NCBI RefSeq assembly: GCF_964204865.1
Contig: NC_135264.1
Coordinates: 4,464,001-4,528,000, forward strand
Length of the DNA stretch: 64,000 nt
DNA from: Styela clava
Lineage: Eukaryota
Direction: 5' to 3'
The notes under the pieces were generated by a model. That model saw only the letters and a list, made by a program, of their open reading frames with translations. It was not told where the DNA came from and made no database searches. This document shows, one piece after another, positions 1 through 14,041 of this stretch; positions within the stretch are counted from its first letter, which is position 1; each line of letters opens with the position of its first letter. The translations under genes were made by a program, and so were the position numbers.

Positions 1-1311
1 AGGCAGAAATGAAGAAAAAATGTGACACAGACGAACTACATTACGTAAGAATGTAGCCAAATGAAGGCTGCACCCTTCTCGACAAAATTTCGCGAGAGCT
101 CAAGGTTATCAAGATGAACTGATCTACTTATCATGCGTGTGAAATGATTTACATTCAAAAATAACTGGCAAGGGGGTTACTTCTTCTTTTTCTTTGAAAA
201 TGGTTTTTTTTTGTTCATAAGCAGGGCTTCCATTTGCTTGAAACCAACTGTAAAGACTACGGTAAAATAAATTGACCCAAGTACAGGTAGTAGTCTACTC
301 TTCAGAAGAGAATTGGGGTTGGTGTTTGAGTTTTGCCCTATTTCACAGAACAAAATACTTGACAATTTGGGATATTCTTACAGTAAAATTTGTCTTCACT
401 CGGTAATAAACATTCGTCAGGGTCGTGCAGTAATTTCAGATGATTTTTCAAATACTTATTGAAATACAAATCTCAACAGTATTTAGTGATATATAGCATA
501 AATTTAGTAGCGAAAATGATCATACCTGTCAGTAAGTATACTTCGTGTAGCGTACAAAGCAATTTGCGTTAAAAAATGAAGTAAAAACGCCTCCGTGATG
601 GATTTAAAAACTAGTAACCACCAGAAAAATCGAATTTTTGCCAAGCAATAAATTTAGCGACACATTACACATTTGGCTAAAAATTTATTCTTAATATATC
701 GTCATACACCAGCTTCTGCTATCTGAAATTTAACACTGCGAACGGCTTCAGCATTGCTAGCTATCTCATCATTCGATATCTGAAGATGGCCTAGTCAAAT
801 ACTTGCTATACTTCGAAGAGCTCTTGGTACATCAGCCGTCCCAACAGACGTCACTTCAGAGGAAAGTTGCAGACAAAGAAAGAATTATTTTGTGTCCTAA
901 AATTATTTTTAAGTGTTATGGGATGCTTCATTACCAACTCCATTGAGGTCAAGAAACGTTTAAAACGACTCTTCCCATTGTTTAAATTTCGGGACAAATG
1001 ACAATAGTATTGGCAGACGACTGGTTCTCATTAGGCTCGTTGTCTTGATGAAAATCAATACCAGCTGACAATTAAAATAACTTGACTTCAGAATTTGATT
1101 TAAATAAAAAGTATAAACGCCCTCGTTCACACTCGATATAAAACATCCAAATTTCGAGTAATATGAAATTGTACCGTCATAATTCAGATTATTAAAATCG
1201 TGAAGGGATTAGCGTGTTGTCCGGTTTCTGTAAAACGTAAACAGCAAACGATTTGCATATAGGTTTTTGAATACCTGGTTTCAAGCAAATATGTTCATAT
1301 AAATTAATTTG

Positions 1312-1421
1312 GGTCTTCCTGAAGTATGAGCACCAAGATGGCGCACAACCTGAACTCAGGTTGTGTATCAGGTTAGGGTTCAGGTTATGCGACATTTTGG
1401 TGCGCATACTTCAGGAGTACC
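1312..1421. mobile_element. Merlin-like MITE (GG..CC termini, 8-bp TSD) with internal GGTTAGGGTT
   Basis: Imperfect inverted termini ggtcttcctgaagtatgagcacc / ggtgcgcatacttcaggagtacc. Flanks ttaatttg / ataatttg. Same family at 13945 and 20406. Confidence 0.65.
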
Positions 1422-4321
1422 ATAATTTGATTTCAGTACACGCCGACAGGCATTTCAAATATCAATTTTCATTTGAGTTACCTTAAATACAACAAAGCAT
1501 AAATCTTGCGAAAAAGATTGCGAGGAAAATGTTATAGAAAAAAACTTTTATTTTTATATATGAATAAATGCCCTTCTGAAATTTCTTCCGTAAAAGTCAC
1601 ACGACATTTGATTATTTAGCTATGTTAGAGTTCATGCTCGTCCTTATTCACAAGTCTTGTCTAATATAACTAATATAATATATCTATAATATTTTCATAT
1701 AAAATAGCGCGTTTATCAACTTTGATAATATTGACTCCAATATTTTGTACAATTGATCAACATTTCTTGGCGTGAAAGACTAAAATTGTCTAATTCAAGT
1801 ATCTATAGTATCTAATTAGTTTATGAATACCGGCACTTATATCATTATTGAGTGATTCATTAGGTGACGTATAAAAATCACCACGCATTGTTCTTAAACC
1901 GAAGGAAAATCAAAAACACTTGTGACGTGGTGATTCATTAAAATCGCATTGATACAATTTCCCACGCTAATACAACATGAATAGAAAAAAACTTGATAAT
2001 TTTAAATTCGCATTGTTCCATATGATAAAGTACTGCAACAAAAAACTTCCCAAACAAAATCGATTTGCTGATTTTTATTCTATGAAAGTGCGTAAAAAAC
2101 GATTTGAAGGTTAAATACCATTCTCTTATAGTTATATACGGTAGAAAGTTGTTAACTGTTGATAAATTTTATACCTTAATATTTTTTTTCTGAAATTGGA
2201 ATTTCAGTTCGCTCTACACATTGCTGCTATTTTAATTGCCTTATTTATCTGACAAGCTAAGAACAAATATTTGCATTTTCACAAAAATCATAATTGAAAA
2301 ACAGTAATGACAGTCACAGATATACGACAAAACTAAATGAATAAGTTCAAAGAACATTTGCCGAAAGACTTCGTGTAAATCATTTTTGTAAATACCACTC
2401 ATCTAAATACACAAAGTATTATGTATATCCTTTACTTCAATCTATGTACTGGCTCATCTGCGCGAAATAAAATAGTAAGCCATTTTGTAGTAAACATTGT
2501 GGGATTACTCACCCTTACTCAGGGCGCGGAACCAAGCTAGCCCCTTCAACATGTTAGATAAGTTTGAAGTGCTGTCATCACAAGGATTAGTCAAATACTC
2601 GACAAAAGCAACCGAATAAGAATGTGGTTGTCTCTACTTTCACTAGATGTGAATTTTTGTAATGGAATACACGTCGCAAATACCAATCCACTCAAGTCTA
2701 GAATCTGGACAGTAAATCAAAATGAAATACTCTCGAACAAAAGTGGACCCTATAACAAACGAGTAGTGAGTTGCGCGTTATGGCCGCACATACATATTTT
2801 TCTCAATAAGTAGAAATATACTGAAAACAATTACATAATAGAATTATAAAATAAGACAAAGTATGATAACATGTGAAATCGAGGAATGAAAAGCAACCAT
2901 TTATTGACTACGTCTCTAGGACAGTGGGTTTCAATCTTTATGAGGTGGAACCCTATCCTTATATTAGATTATATCTAGACAATATATATTAATAGAGATT
3001 CTTCGATACTCTGAATGAAAACTTATGTAACCCCTTGACTGCGTACAATCCCGGATGTAAATCACTGCTCAATACAATAGAACTAAAAATAAGATAACAA
3101 AAACTTTCTTGGAGATAGGTCACGTAAAATGTGAATATACATAGAATATTGGAATAAAATGTTTCAACTGATGCACTTGCTAAACGATTCGGTGTCAACA
3201 AATACCGTCCCGAACAAAATAATTTGTCAATTCACCGACAGCATGTGTGGTGACCAACCGTCCATGAATGTCCAAACAAGGCTGGACAGGCTCTAAGCAT
3301 TTAACATCTCTATTTCAGAGGTATAACATATACAATAGTCGAGCATCTCTGACAATAAATGCAGCTCAAACAGTGCCGCTCGGTGAAACGGTAAATTAAT
3401 TAACACTGCACTGGCGAACTTTATCACTTTGGCTATAATAGTCACAAACCAGTTTGCAGAGCGCGCTGATTGGATGCAATTATAATACAAAAGTTTTAAG
3501 AACTTGCCCATACTAACATGAATGAATCTTTTCCTGATTATAGCGAAAATGTGAATAATTCAATAAAAAATATCAAAGACAAAAAATAATATTTGAATCA
3601 TACAGCATGAAGGTTTAGGAACAGGACCCGACAACCGAATTAAATCTGAGTTCCGATGATTTTATTGTTTGAAAGTGGGGTCACCACAAATCGGAAATAT
3701 AGGCCAAGTCGCTGGCTGCTGTTTCGAGTCCGACTCCAGTAGATTTCATAATCAACAACGAAATACATAGATATTTGACACTAAGAATTTCATCTATTTT
3801 TTTAATATATATTTATTAATATATATATAAAACACAGTTGATCAGTACAGGATGTATATCGGTTTACTGATGTATTGACAACATTACCCTCGACACTAAC
3901 ACGGCCTTTTTAGCTATTGTTTCAACAAGCAGCTTTCGATTTTCCTAAAGCAGCATTAATCTACTTGATATATCATATTTCATGGATTTTTTTTTTCTAA
4001 TTTGAAGACTCGTTAGTCGAGTTGAGTCGTTACGTTTAGATGTCTCGGATAAGTTTGATTTTTCGAAAAAGGTTACTCGAGGTGATTGCACCATATAGCA
4101 GAAGATTGACCGATTTCCCAAGATGGCAGTGTGGTTCACGCAACCGTGGTAAGCTACAACTTTCTCTACTATCAAGCCAATTCATCTGAAATTAATACTT
4201 CTTCAAGGTTGTAGCGATGTTCACGTAACCAGTGATCAGTTGCGATCACCTGGTTAACTATTCCACACACGACAAATGGCAAGAGGTCGTATTTTATCTC
4301 TTCTCCTAAGTGGCCTTATAC

Positions 4322-5124
4322 CAGGGGTGGGCGACCCCTGGCACGCGTGCCCACTTGGCACGCGAGCCCATTTATTCGGCACGCGAGCGAGGCCTCAGAA
4401 ATGAGATCATTTTCTTTCGATAAAAAGTTTCGACGCTCTGATTTATCTGATGAAGCTCGGTGTTTGTTTATTCATTATCGTTTGTTAACAATATGTTATT
4501 CATTTAAAATTTTAAACTCTCTTTTTCTTTTCATGACATTTGGCTATAAAGAAATATATTATGACGTAACAACCGAGTTAGCTCTCGACGAATTGTGACG
4601 AGACACCGCATTCATTGGGGGTTCATTGTTACGTAATATATAGTTCGTCTGTGCCACTATTTTTCTTCATTTCTGATTGATTTATGAAGTTGTACCGTAA
4701 ATATATACTACTACGGTTGTACTACGCTAAATACTACTACGGTTGTACAGCTCATGTTGGTTAGAGTTACTTGCTAACTTACTGAAATAAATTGATTGAT
4801 GATTAAAGAAATATAAACAGTAGTTCGTATATTTCTTTGAAAGTTACAAAATATAATCCCAATGTAAATCTCTATCAACGGTAATGCAGCAGAAGAAGTC
4901 TCACTTATATAGAATAAGAAAAGTAATCAAATCTATTTGTCGGGCTGATATTTTCCCGAATAGTGAATCTGTCTGTAGCTTACATGTTTAGAAGGTTTAT
5001 TATTGTGTATTTTTGCTTTAAAGGAACAATGCGTTGTTTTTAATTTTGGTCGGCACGCGGAAGAATTTTGTCGTTAAATTTAGCCGATTTGGGTACGCGA
5101 GCCGAAAAAGGTTGCCCACCCCTG
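4322..5124. mobile_element. Non-autonomous hAT (Charlie/Buster-type) element
   Basis: TIRs caggggtgggcgacc / ggttgcccacccctg. 8-bp TSD ccttatac (4314-4321) / ctttatac (5125-5132). No ORF. Confidence 0.85.
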
Positions 5125-6829
5125 CTTTATACCGTCTCTCGAGTCTTCGGAAACGTGACTGCGGACCGACTCGAATAGAGTAACCGAATCGAGACACCCC
5201 AATATGGATAAGATAAAATTTAGTGCAGGAGATCAGTGTGCCAAACTCTATAACAGCTGTTAACATATCTAATACTTGGCTTCGCCACAGCGATCCAAGA
5301 CATAATAATCTAGTTCAATACGTGTATATCCCGTCAGATATAACTGCCATCAAATCGGAGGCAAAGTTTTTAGCGTAAATGATATTTTTCATGTTTATCA
5401 GAAAACATGAGATTTCATAAGGCGGGAAATCATTTTGTCGATAAGTGATTTTGCTACCGACTGTCAAAATAAGACAATTATGGCGATATGCACTCATCCG
5501 ATCAGACTGAGAAAGCAATGGAGTCTAGAAGAAAACTTGCAATGTCGAATAAACAAAGAAATTGTTTTTAAAAAATTTTATAAGCATTTTTTATATCAAT
5601 TCTTGGAAAAAGTTTGATTGTCGAAAACGCAATGGAATAAGATTTATATATATATGATTAGGAGATCGAACGCTCAATTGCCAAAAAATGGACGATGGGT
5701 ATCATTATTGATTCCTACTTACTTACCAAATGAGTATTTAAATATACCACGAAGAAACTGAATAATACAATCCTCATATAGAAAATTAGGATAAGCAGTT
5801 CAAATAAAGTTGGGATGGGTTGTTTCAAAGATAAGAAAAGCTCTAAGCTGTTGCGCTATTGTTAGCACAGTATCATGTTAATCTTTTTTTACAGATCTTG
5901 ATATCATCATATCTAATTAAAACAGACCTGGACGGATTGATTATCATTGAGTAACTATAAGTAATGGAGATAAACACTATATATACTATACACAATGTTC
6001 AATCTAACGATCTGTTCATTTATTGTATTTTCCACAGTAAAAACATACAATTGTCGATACGGATTACAGGTGTGCATGGAACCCCATAAATGACATAGAT
6101 CTAGAACAGGGGTCTCAAACTCTCGGCCCGCGGGCCAATTGCAGCCCGCAGAACGATAGTTTGTGGCCCCCGCCTTGGCATAAAAAGTTTAATGTTAGTG
6201 CGGCCCGCAAGTCACTCAGCTCAGTTAGTATGATTAATACATTTAATATAAGATATGAACACGTAAGGCAAAACAAAATATTTTATCATCTGTCCCCCGA
6301 AAGGCATATGCGGTATGGTAACCTACTAGTGTCTGTAGGCCTGATATTTGATGGCGGAACCGCTTGAAATGAATTAACAGTGTTTCATGATTTTTGACGT
6401 CACATCACTAACGCTTATTGATTGATACATTGTAACCATATTTTCCATATGATGAGACATCGCCGTCCATCGGCTAAATGCTTGGTTGAAACATCAGCGC
6501 AACAGCGATAACAAGTTGCGCGTCTTGGATTATAGTTTGTATAGTTTGAAGGGCTCTATTACATCATTGTGACGTCGTAGTTACGTAATTTTTGGATGGC
6601 GTAGTCAGGTGGGGGTTAGAATTGACACGTAAAAAAATTGTCCGGGGGTTAGGATTGACACGTAAGAAATTTGTTTGGCTTCGCCCACTAAAAGTATGTA
6701 ACTATGACGTTCAGACCTAAAAAAGAGACTAGAAAACTATTACTTTTATTTATTTAAAAATTTTGGGAATCACAGACCAAAATAATAAAATGATCAAAGG
6801 TACGAAACTACACGAGACCCCACGATTGG

Positions 6830-8135
6830 TGAAAATATTGCAACAGCAGAAAAGCCATTCACAGAAGGCGAATTTGTAAAAAAGTGCTTATTACAGACTG
6901 CAAGTATACTCTGTCCAGTAAAGTCAGTTTAGCAATGTCATCCTTTCTGCCAACGGCAGAGCGTATTTCTGATCTGTCAAGTGACATTTATGATCAACTG
7001 TGTGAGAAAGCCAAATGTTTCAGTGCATACTCAGTTGCTCTCGATGAGACCATAGACATCACCGACACTACCCAGCTTGCAATTTATGTCCGTGTTGTTA
7101 ATGACAATTTTGAAGTGATGGAGAGGTTGCTCAGAGTAATTCCAATGCATGGCCAGTCCACCGCTCAGCAGATGTTTTGCCAGTTGTGTGAGGTCAATAA
7201 TAATGCCGGTTTGACATGGCGGATGTTTGCTGGGATAACAACCAATGGAGCACCATCAATTACAGAAAAAAATGGACTGGTGGCAAAACTGGGAGAGGAG
7301 GGTGTAGAGGAGGCCATTGCTCTCCACTGCATTATCCATCAGCAGTCCATTTGCAGCAAATGCCTGAAGTTTGACAATGGGATGTCTGTCGTTGTGAAAT
7401 GCATCAACAAATCAGATCCAGGGGCTTAAAACACCGAAGATTCCGTGCTTTTTTGCAGGATATTGAGTCAGAATATGGGGATGTACTCTACTTTTCTTGT
7501 AGATATCACATACAAGGTTAATGTCCGTAGTATGTCCACCAAGATGGCGAAAACTGGAACGTAGTATGTGTATCAGGTTAGGGTTAGGCCATAATTTTAT
7601 GTCAATTTACCTTATTTTAGTTCTAATACGAGTTTAGGGACTAGCCGAATGACTTTCATACTATTTGTACCTGAAATTATGGCCTAACCCTAACCAGGTA
7701 CACATGCTACGTTCCGGTGTCTGCCATCTTGGTGCACATACTACGGGAGTACCGTTACAAGGCCCTGAGCATGTGGGGGAATTCTCCACAAAACTAGTGT
7801 TATGGAAAGCCCAATATGCCCCAATATGCCCCTTCTGTGCTTGAAATGCAACTCATTGACTTACAGTGCAACTCTAAACTCAAAGCGAAATTCTGGGAGG
7901 TGAGTGGAAAAGTCGACAAGCTTGGGCAATTTTCGAGAGAATTGTTCTCCGGCTTTCCAGAATCTTCAAGCGGACTATGTGCCTTTTGGAAGCGCATACT
8001 TGCGTTTAAAGCTTTTCTCAATTTTAACACTTAACTAACTATTGAACATCTTCAATCCGTACTGTGGGTCTCAATTTCCTTCCCCCTCAAACCAAATATG
8101 TGGCTCTGCTATGCGACAGAAGGCGCTGCCAAGTA
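6830..8135 (+). pseudogene. hAT-Charlie/GTF2IRD2-like transposase pseudogene
   Basis: ORF 6884-7429 has YSVALDETIDITDTTQLAIYVR (first catalytic Asp), ITTNGAPSI (decayed TDGA) and LHCIIHQQ (CxxH). C-terminal fragment MQLIDLQCN at 7816-8034. Frameshifts and a MITE insertion. Confidence 0.85.
7517..7753. mobile_element. Merlin-like MITE with long inverted arms containing TTAGGG/CCCTAA, inserted in the transposase remnant
   Basis: Arms ccgtagtatgtccaccaagatggcg...caggttagggttaggccataattt and aaattatggcctaaccctaaccagg...catactacgggagtacc. Degenerate 8-bp flanks catacaag / gttacaag. Homologous to 28276-28468. Confidence 0.7.
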
Positions 8136-8460
8136 TAACCTGAGTTCAGGTTGTGCGCATACTTCAGGAGATCCTCTTTTTGGGTATGCATGCAAGAGAT
8201 GAGCGATGTAATTGTCGATCGTTGCTAATCAGGAGCAAGGTCAAAATCTGATACGATTGTCGATATAGCACCTCTTCAACTGTGCTGTGAAAACGTCCAA
8301 CCAGGTCTTCGGAAAAGGCCTATAGAAGTGCTTTCCGCAAGTATGTTTCCCAGCTTTTCATTACAGGAAAGGGAGTGTTTCCATATAATGGAATGTTATC
8401 AAATCACTAATTATTAAAATCATAAACAACCTACTGGCGTATGAGCCGGTTCCTCTAGTT

Positions 8461-10066
8461 CAGGGATCACCAAACTTTTTTGACCGCGGGCCGGGTATGA
8501 CTCAAACTGTGTTGAAACCAGCCGGACAAATATTTTTGTCAATGCAATACAATAAATTCACAAAAGTTTGAAAATCCATTCAATTTATCCAACAATAAAT
8601 ATAATCCACATTTCTGAAGACTTGAATATATAAGTATAATAAGTTTATTTTAATTTTCCCGCAAAAAAGTCATACACAAAACATAAACAATGAACACACA
8701 GAAGATTGGGAAACTGGAAAAATCTTTATAAAGGTTTAATAGATCGAGAACATCCTAGGAAAACAAATATACAAGATTTCTAAATCTATCCAACTATCCT
8801 GAGTTTAGCTGTAAGCAAAACGTTGCTGTCATTAATTAGGAATGTTAAAAATGCACTTTTTCGCGCCTAAAATATGTACGCATCACGTCTGCTATGTACC
8901 GTTACGCCGCGTTGGAATTCCGCTTATATAAACGACTACGGACTGCCTGCGGTACCTTGGAACTCCATGAAATTTTGAAATAATTTAGATAAAATAAACA
9001 ACTATTATCTGGTATTCGATTTTTTTATTAGCGCATTAATTTCCAGTTATATGTAGTGCAAATTTTGATATTGTTTATGGACACCAATAAAATTTATGTG
9101 AATGTGTGTATTTCCTACCTATCTTAATACTTACCATTTTTTATGAAGTTTGTTCTATCAGAACATCTTTAATTATTACCCACAATGAACCACTGTCAAA
9201 CTAACATGCACAACTCCAGCGTTTATTTGCGACGATAAAATCCTGAAATAGTCTCAATATTCCATAGATGTGCCGCAGATCGAAAGATTAGAGACTGATA
9301 TGTGTTCTGTTTTCGGTTCTATTACATTTGAACCCACGTACATTTGAACCCATGACAATTGCACCTGTATGCTATTGCACCTATGGAATTTTTTTTGTTT
9401 CACGGATAGTTAAACCCATACTAACCCTAACCCATGGGTTTTAGCACCCGCATATAGATTGAACCCGTGGATATACGCATGGGTTCAAACGTACATGGGT
9501 TCAAATGTACGGTCACCTCTTTTTTCATATTTATTACAGTTATAAACCAAAAAAGTAATACAATCCTTATGGAAAAAATTGGCATGTCGGGCGGTACTAA
9601 AATTTCAATATCTTCGTTGTTTCTGGACCGTTTTTTATAAACTTTCTATAAACTTTCTTTTTATAAACTATAAACTATTTTGTCAGAGCTATTTCAAGAC
9701 TAATTTTTCATTACTACAATTAAAACTACAACTCTTAAGAAGGCAAATGATGATTGAATTATTTGATTCATACTTGAAATTTCAAACACAACCAAAAACT
9801 AACGAATATCCTTCAAAATCGCAAAAACGAAGTACTGCTTACAACCAAGACTGAAAATCTGTCAAGGTGACAAAAGTGTCTGAGCGGATGCAAAAAGGCC
9901 TATTATTACGTCACTTCTTTTGCATCTTGCTGATTTGCCCTTAATATCAAATAAATAAGGAAGACAATGCTCGGGAAAATTTTCATTGAAAAGGAATTTC
10001 GCCCTTTTTGCGTGTTATTGCGGGCCGGATCAAATTACGCCGCGGGCCGTAGTGTGGTGATCCCTG
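8461..10066. mobile_element. Non-autonomous hAT-Charlie element, unit 1 only
   Basis: TIRs cagggatcacca / tggtgatccctg. Perfect TSD ctctagtt (8453-8460, 10067-10074). Empty site catctagttatagagg in units 2 and 3. Confidence 0.92.
9315..9517. mobile_element. GG..CC MITE (Merlin/MULE-like) with catttgaaccc subrepeats and ctaaccctaacc, nested in the Charlie element
   Basis: Inverted subrepeats catttgaaccc / gggttcaaatg. 9-bp flanks tctgttttc / tcttttttc. Confidence 0.65.
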
Positions 10067-10889
10067 CTCTAGTTGTAGAGGCAATTGCATCTAATAATAT
10101 ATCAAAATGGGAATCACAGGCCAAAATAATAAATATTAAAATGATCAAATCTAATAAAATTAACGTTGTGTCTTTCTGTATTAATTATATAGATTGCAGC
10201 GCATATTACAATACCAGAATTGCTTTCGCTTTGAACTTCATAAGGTTTCATTTCAAATTCAATTTAGAAATGTTTACTAAACCACGATTTAACCGAATAT
10301 TTCATTCGAGTCGAGACAGCGGGGAATAAATAAATCGAATATTTGAGGCATTGTTTTTATTACAACTCAATATCTGACTTATGTTTCACTTTATGATATG
10401 TCTTGACGGCGGAAGTTACCAGTATAGCACGAATAGTTATTCTAAAGATAGAAGATTGAGAGCCTTTAGAGCGATTTATGCTCTATGGAATTCATGAATT
10501 ATAGTACTGAAGATGCGCAGCTTGATTGAACTTCCAGAATGGGTTCTTAAGATATTTCTTACTTTTACTTAGTTTAAATGTTTCTATCCCGAAGTGAGAA
10601 TATCGCTGTCAATATAGGAAGAATAAAAAATATTATTAATGTGCTATTACGATGTCATTTAATATTCGATGATTATTTTATTGAAGAGTATTTCACAGAT
10701 AGAAGAAATCTGATGTTCGCATGGAATCATGCAAATATAATTTTGTAAAATAGTTTAAATTCGAGTATCGTTGAAAACTTATGTCATATTCTTGTCTTTC
10801 TGTCCCTGAGTGTTATCGCTCAAATGTAGTTGACTAAGCTTCGTAGAATTTGAAAAAAAATCAATTTGTATTATTCAGCATTAGCAGAC

Positions 10890-12646
10890 ATGAATAAGAA
10901 AACGGTATTGGCTATAGTTTTTGCAGTGATAATGATATTAATCGTCGTTGGTGTAATTATGATTGTTACAAGCCTAGTCTCAACAGTTACAACCAACTAC
11001 AAAAAGTTACAACTGCAACCAACTACAGAAAGTAAAGTATAAGACGTTTATCTGCAGCTATAATTCCTTCCCTAAGATACATACATAAACAAAAATCTAA
11101 AATATAGCATCAGTCGACCGAAGAGAAAATCACGCTTATGCTGTCAAGTGTCAATGCACTTAATTTTGAAAATTCTGCAAATTTTATTATAAAAGAAATT
11201 AGTATATAATAAATAAGATATCATAATATATTCAAACAATGATGATTATTGTTTTTACATGATCCTTCAATTTTAGAATCTGAAAAATAACCTTAGTTTT
11301 GCTGATTTGCACAGGCGAAATGAAGCTGATTTTGAGAAGACTAATCAATTCTATTTGATATTAATTGTTAAACAGATATTACTATTGAAATCATTTTATA
11401 TATGTTGCACAATTGATATATTTGATAACATTGACACAATTATTGATAACTATTTTTTCGATATTTATAGTACCTAAAAATGTATTTTTTTTTTCAGGCC
11501 CTGGAAGGGATGATTGGCATCACTTTTCAACTGGATCGTACAAGTTGTTTCCAACTGAGGTTAATTATGAAGCAGCAAAAAATGGTTGCAGAAATGCAAA
11601 TGCAAGATTGGTAACTGAGGGAATAAGAAATAAAGTCACCCGCAAGTGAGTTCATGTAATGAAACTTATTTCAACCAACCCTTATAATTTCATTCATTTG
11701 TTTATCATCATATTGCAAACGAATTAGATTGGAATACACAATTTCACCAATTGTTTTACGAACGTTTATTTCCGTTTTTTTGTTTTTTTTCTGCATCAAA
11801 TCTGACAAATTAGTTGAAGGAGGCTAAACTTGAGTAGACACATTTTTAAGACAAGCATAAAAATTACCATCAAATTACTGTTTATCAAATTGATAGAAAA
11901 TGTATCAAATTGTAAAATATTTAAATAAAATATTATGTAGCTATCATGTGCTTTGAATAACAACTTTTGGGGAATGCAAGAATCGTGACAAAGAAAAAAA
12001 AAGTCGTCAAAAACAGATCAGTCTGTAAGAACATGTCCTTTGTAGTAAGCAGTGTTATCAGTTTGTCATTATCACAAAGTCTATTATCCTAAAGAATGAT
12101 AAAGAAAGTAGAATGTCCTGTAAAAATTGACGACATTTTGACGATAGCTGGGCCGTTATAAATTTCATTTTTCAAGTCTACACTACATGCTACTTTGTAG
12201 TTTAATGTATATTGTTTTATGCTAATTTGAAATAATGAATTGCGATAAGCATTCTATATGAAATAATTTCAATGAGTTTCGGATCGATAATTCATAGAAG
12301 CTTGATTTTACCTTGAAAAAAGTACATAGTACCTCCAAAGGGATAATTAAGATCTTATCAATTTAGAAGCATTATGGATGAAATGATACTTCCCGCTTTT
12401 AATGCAAATAAACTTGGAGAAGGTTATGGAGTGTGGATAGGATTGGATGACCTGGAAGTAATCAACAAATGGAAATGGATCGACGGTATTGCGTCGACAA
12501 ATGATAACACTGCTTGGGCTCCCAGTGAACCAAATAATGGAAGTGAAAGATGTGGAATGCTGCATAAACTATTAAAATGGTTAATCAATGATGAGTATTG
12601 TTTGGTTGCCAATGCATATGTTTGCGAAATAGCAAAAAGTAAATGA
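10890..12646 (+). CDS. Type II transmembrane C-type lectin, copy 1 (189 aa, EPN motif)
   Basis: Exons 10890-11031, 11498-11645 and 12367-12646, GT-AG, phases 1 and 2 compatible. N-terminal signal-anchor (VLAIVFAVIMILIVVGVIMIV), short Thr-rich neck, CTLD with WIGL, W.W.DG, EPNN, IND and 4 Cys. Confidence 0.9.
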
Positions 12647-13944
12647 CAGACGCAAAAAAATATCAGAGAATAAAATTTCCATGCTTATCATCGGTTCAGC
12701 ATGTTTTACTGTTTTTTCAAAATTGTAAGTAATCAACTACTAACTAACGTTTGAACAATGGTTTTATTTGATACATTCCCTCTTCTAAACAAAGTTAAAC
12801 ATAACATCTCTTCATGCCCGAAATGACAATGTCAAATGTATATTTTTCATAAGTCTGTATTTCAACAATCAAGTCATAAGTATAGTTCCAACTTTATATT
12901 CCAGCCATACATTGCCTGCCTCACATTGTGCACTGGTAAAAATGCATCCTCAAATTTATATTACTCACTCATTAAACTTTGTCAGCTCTGAAAAAAAATT
13001 ATTCCACAGATTACGTCTTTTGATAAATTTTTCTGAATATGTATAAGCATTTTTCGAGAGCAATTTTGATATTTTTCTGAGGCATAAAACTATTTTGATC
13101 CATGAATACTTCTTCCTATAACGATTACCTTTTCGCAACCCATTGGTTGGGAAGCACTTTAATAAAGTAGTGCCAGGGTTTCTATCTGGAAAGAGTGGTC
13201 GACTACTGATGGTATATAAATTTCGCTAAGAACAGTCGTCTATTCCTCATATGTCCTCATATTGTGCACATTCCTGTGGTTACATTTACCGTCTTCTGGT
13301 AACTATTAGAGAAACTTTATCAAGTACTTTAGTGTGATGTCTGATATTCGAGAAAAAGAGGATTTTAAAAAAACAAAGAAAAAATAAAGATGTGATTTTA
13401 TTGCATTTTTGGCTTTTAAACTGTTTTGTTGACTGAAGGTAAACTAACGTTTTCTATCAACTTCTTACATACAAAATTTGTTTGTAGAAAAGACAATTAG
13501 AGCATCAAAGAACTCTTAAACTTGCTTACCAGCATGCAGATTGGATATTACTATGACGTTCAGACCTAAAAAAGAGACTAGAAAACTATTACCTTTATTT
13601 ATTTAAAAAGTTTTGTGGGGTCTATGGGATTCGTTTTTACATTTGAGTTTTGTGTAATGACGTCATCAACATTGTGCACTGTGTGACGGTTTCGCGGTCG
13701 CGTGGCAGCGATCTGATAGTCAGACTATCGGAATGGAGAAAAAAAAATGTTGCTACTTCGTCTTGATTTCGTTATTTGAAGATTGCTCTCTCGTTTATAT
13801 ATTAAATTATTCGGAATGATTTGCCTTGGTATATGATATTAATTAAAGTGACAGCAAACACATTAGAGGATAAATATCTGGGGTTGATACTTAATTGATG
13901 AATTGCCTAATACATAATAATAGAATTGAATTACCGTCTTTTTG

Positions 13945-14041
13945 GGCACTCTTGAAGTATGCGCACCAAGATGTCGCACAACCTGAACCATAACCTGGTA
14001 CACAACCTGAGTTAAGGTTGTGCGCATACTTCAGGAGGTCC
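13945..14041. mobile_element. Merlin-like MITE, duplicated with the lectin unit (also 20406-20501; partial 8137-8173)
   Basis: ggcactcttgaagtatgcgcac...gtgcgcatacttcaggaggtcc. Perfect 8-bp TSD tctttttg (13937-13944, 14042-14049). Confidence 0.75.

Larger units (their letters stand above)
6107..8136 (+). mobile_element. Decayed hAT-Charlie element, left end plus transposase remnants, right TIR not found
   Basis: Left TIR caggggtctcaaactctcggcccgcgggcc follows atctagaa. Transposase fragments run from about 6830 to 8135. Confidence 0.75.

Noticed and set aside
1-900. Exon-like pieces (plus strand 1-44 ending in gtaaga; minus strand ~705-895)
   Set aside because: In-frame stops, no recognisable domain, and no consistent gene model.
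10870-10890. Acceptor just upstream of the lectin ATGs as a spliced-leader trans-splice site
   Set aside because: A cis donor candidate (gaa|gtgaga near 10594) is conserved upstream in all three units, so trans-splicing is not required. It cannot be resolved without transcripts.
12347-12612. Minus-strand ORFs repeated over each lectin exon 3
   Set aside because: Antisense shadows of the lectin exon, repeated only because of the duplication.
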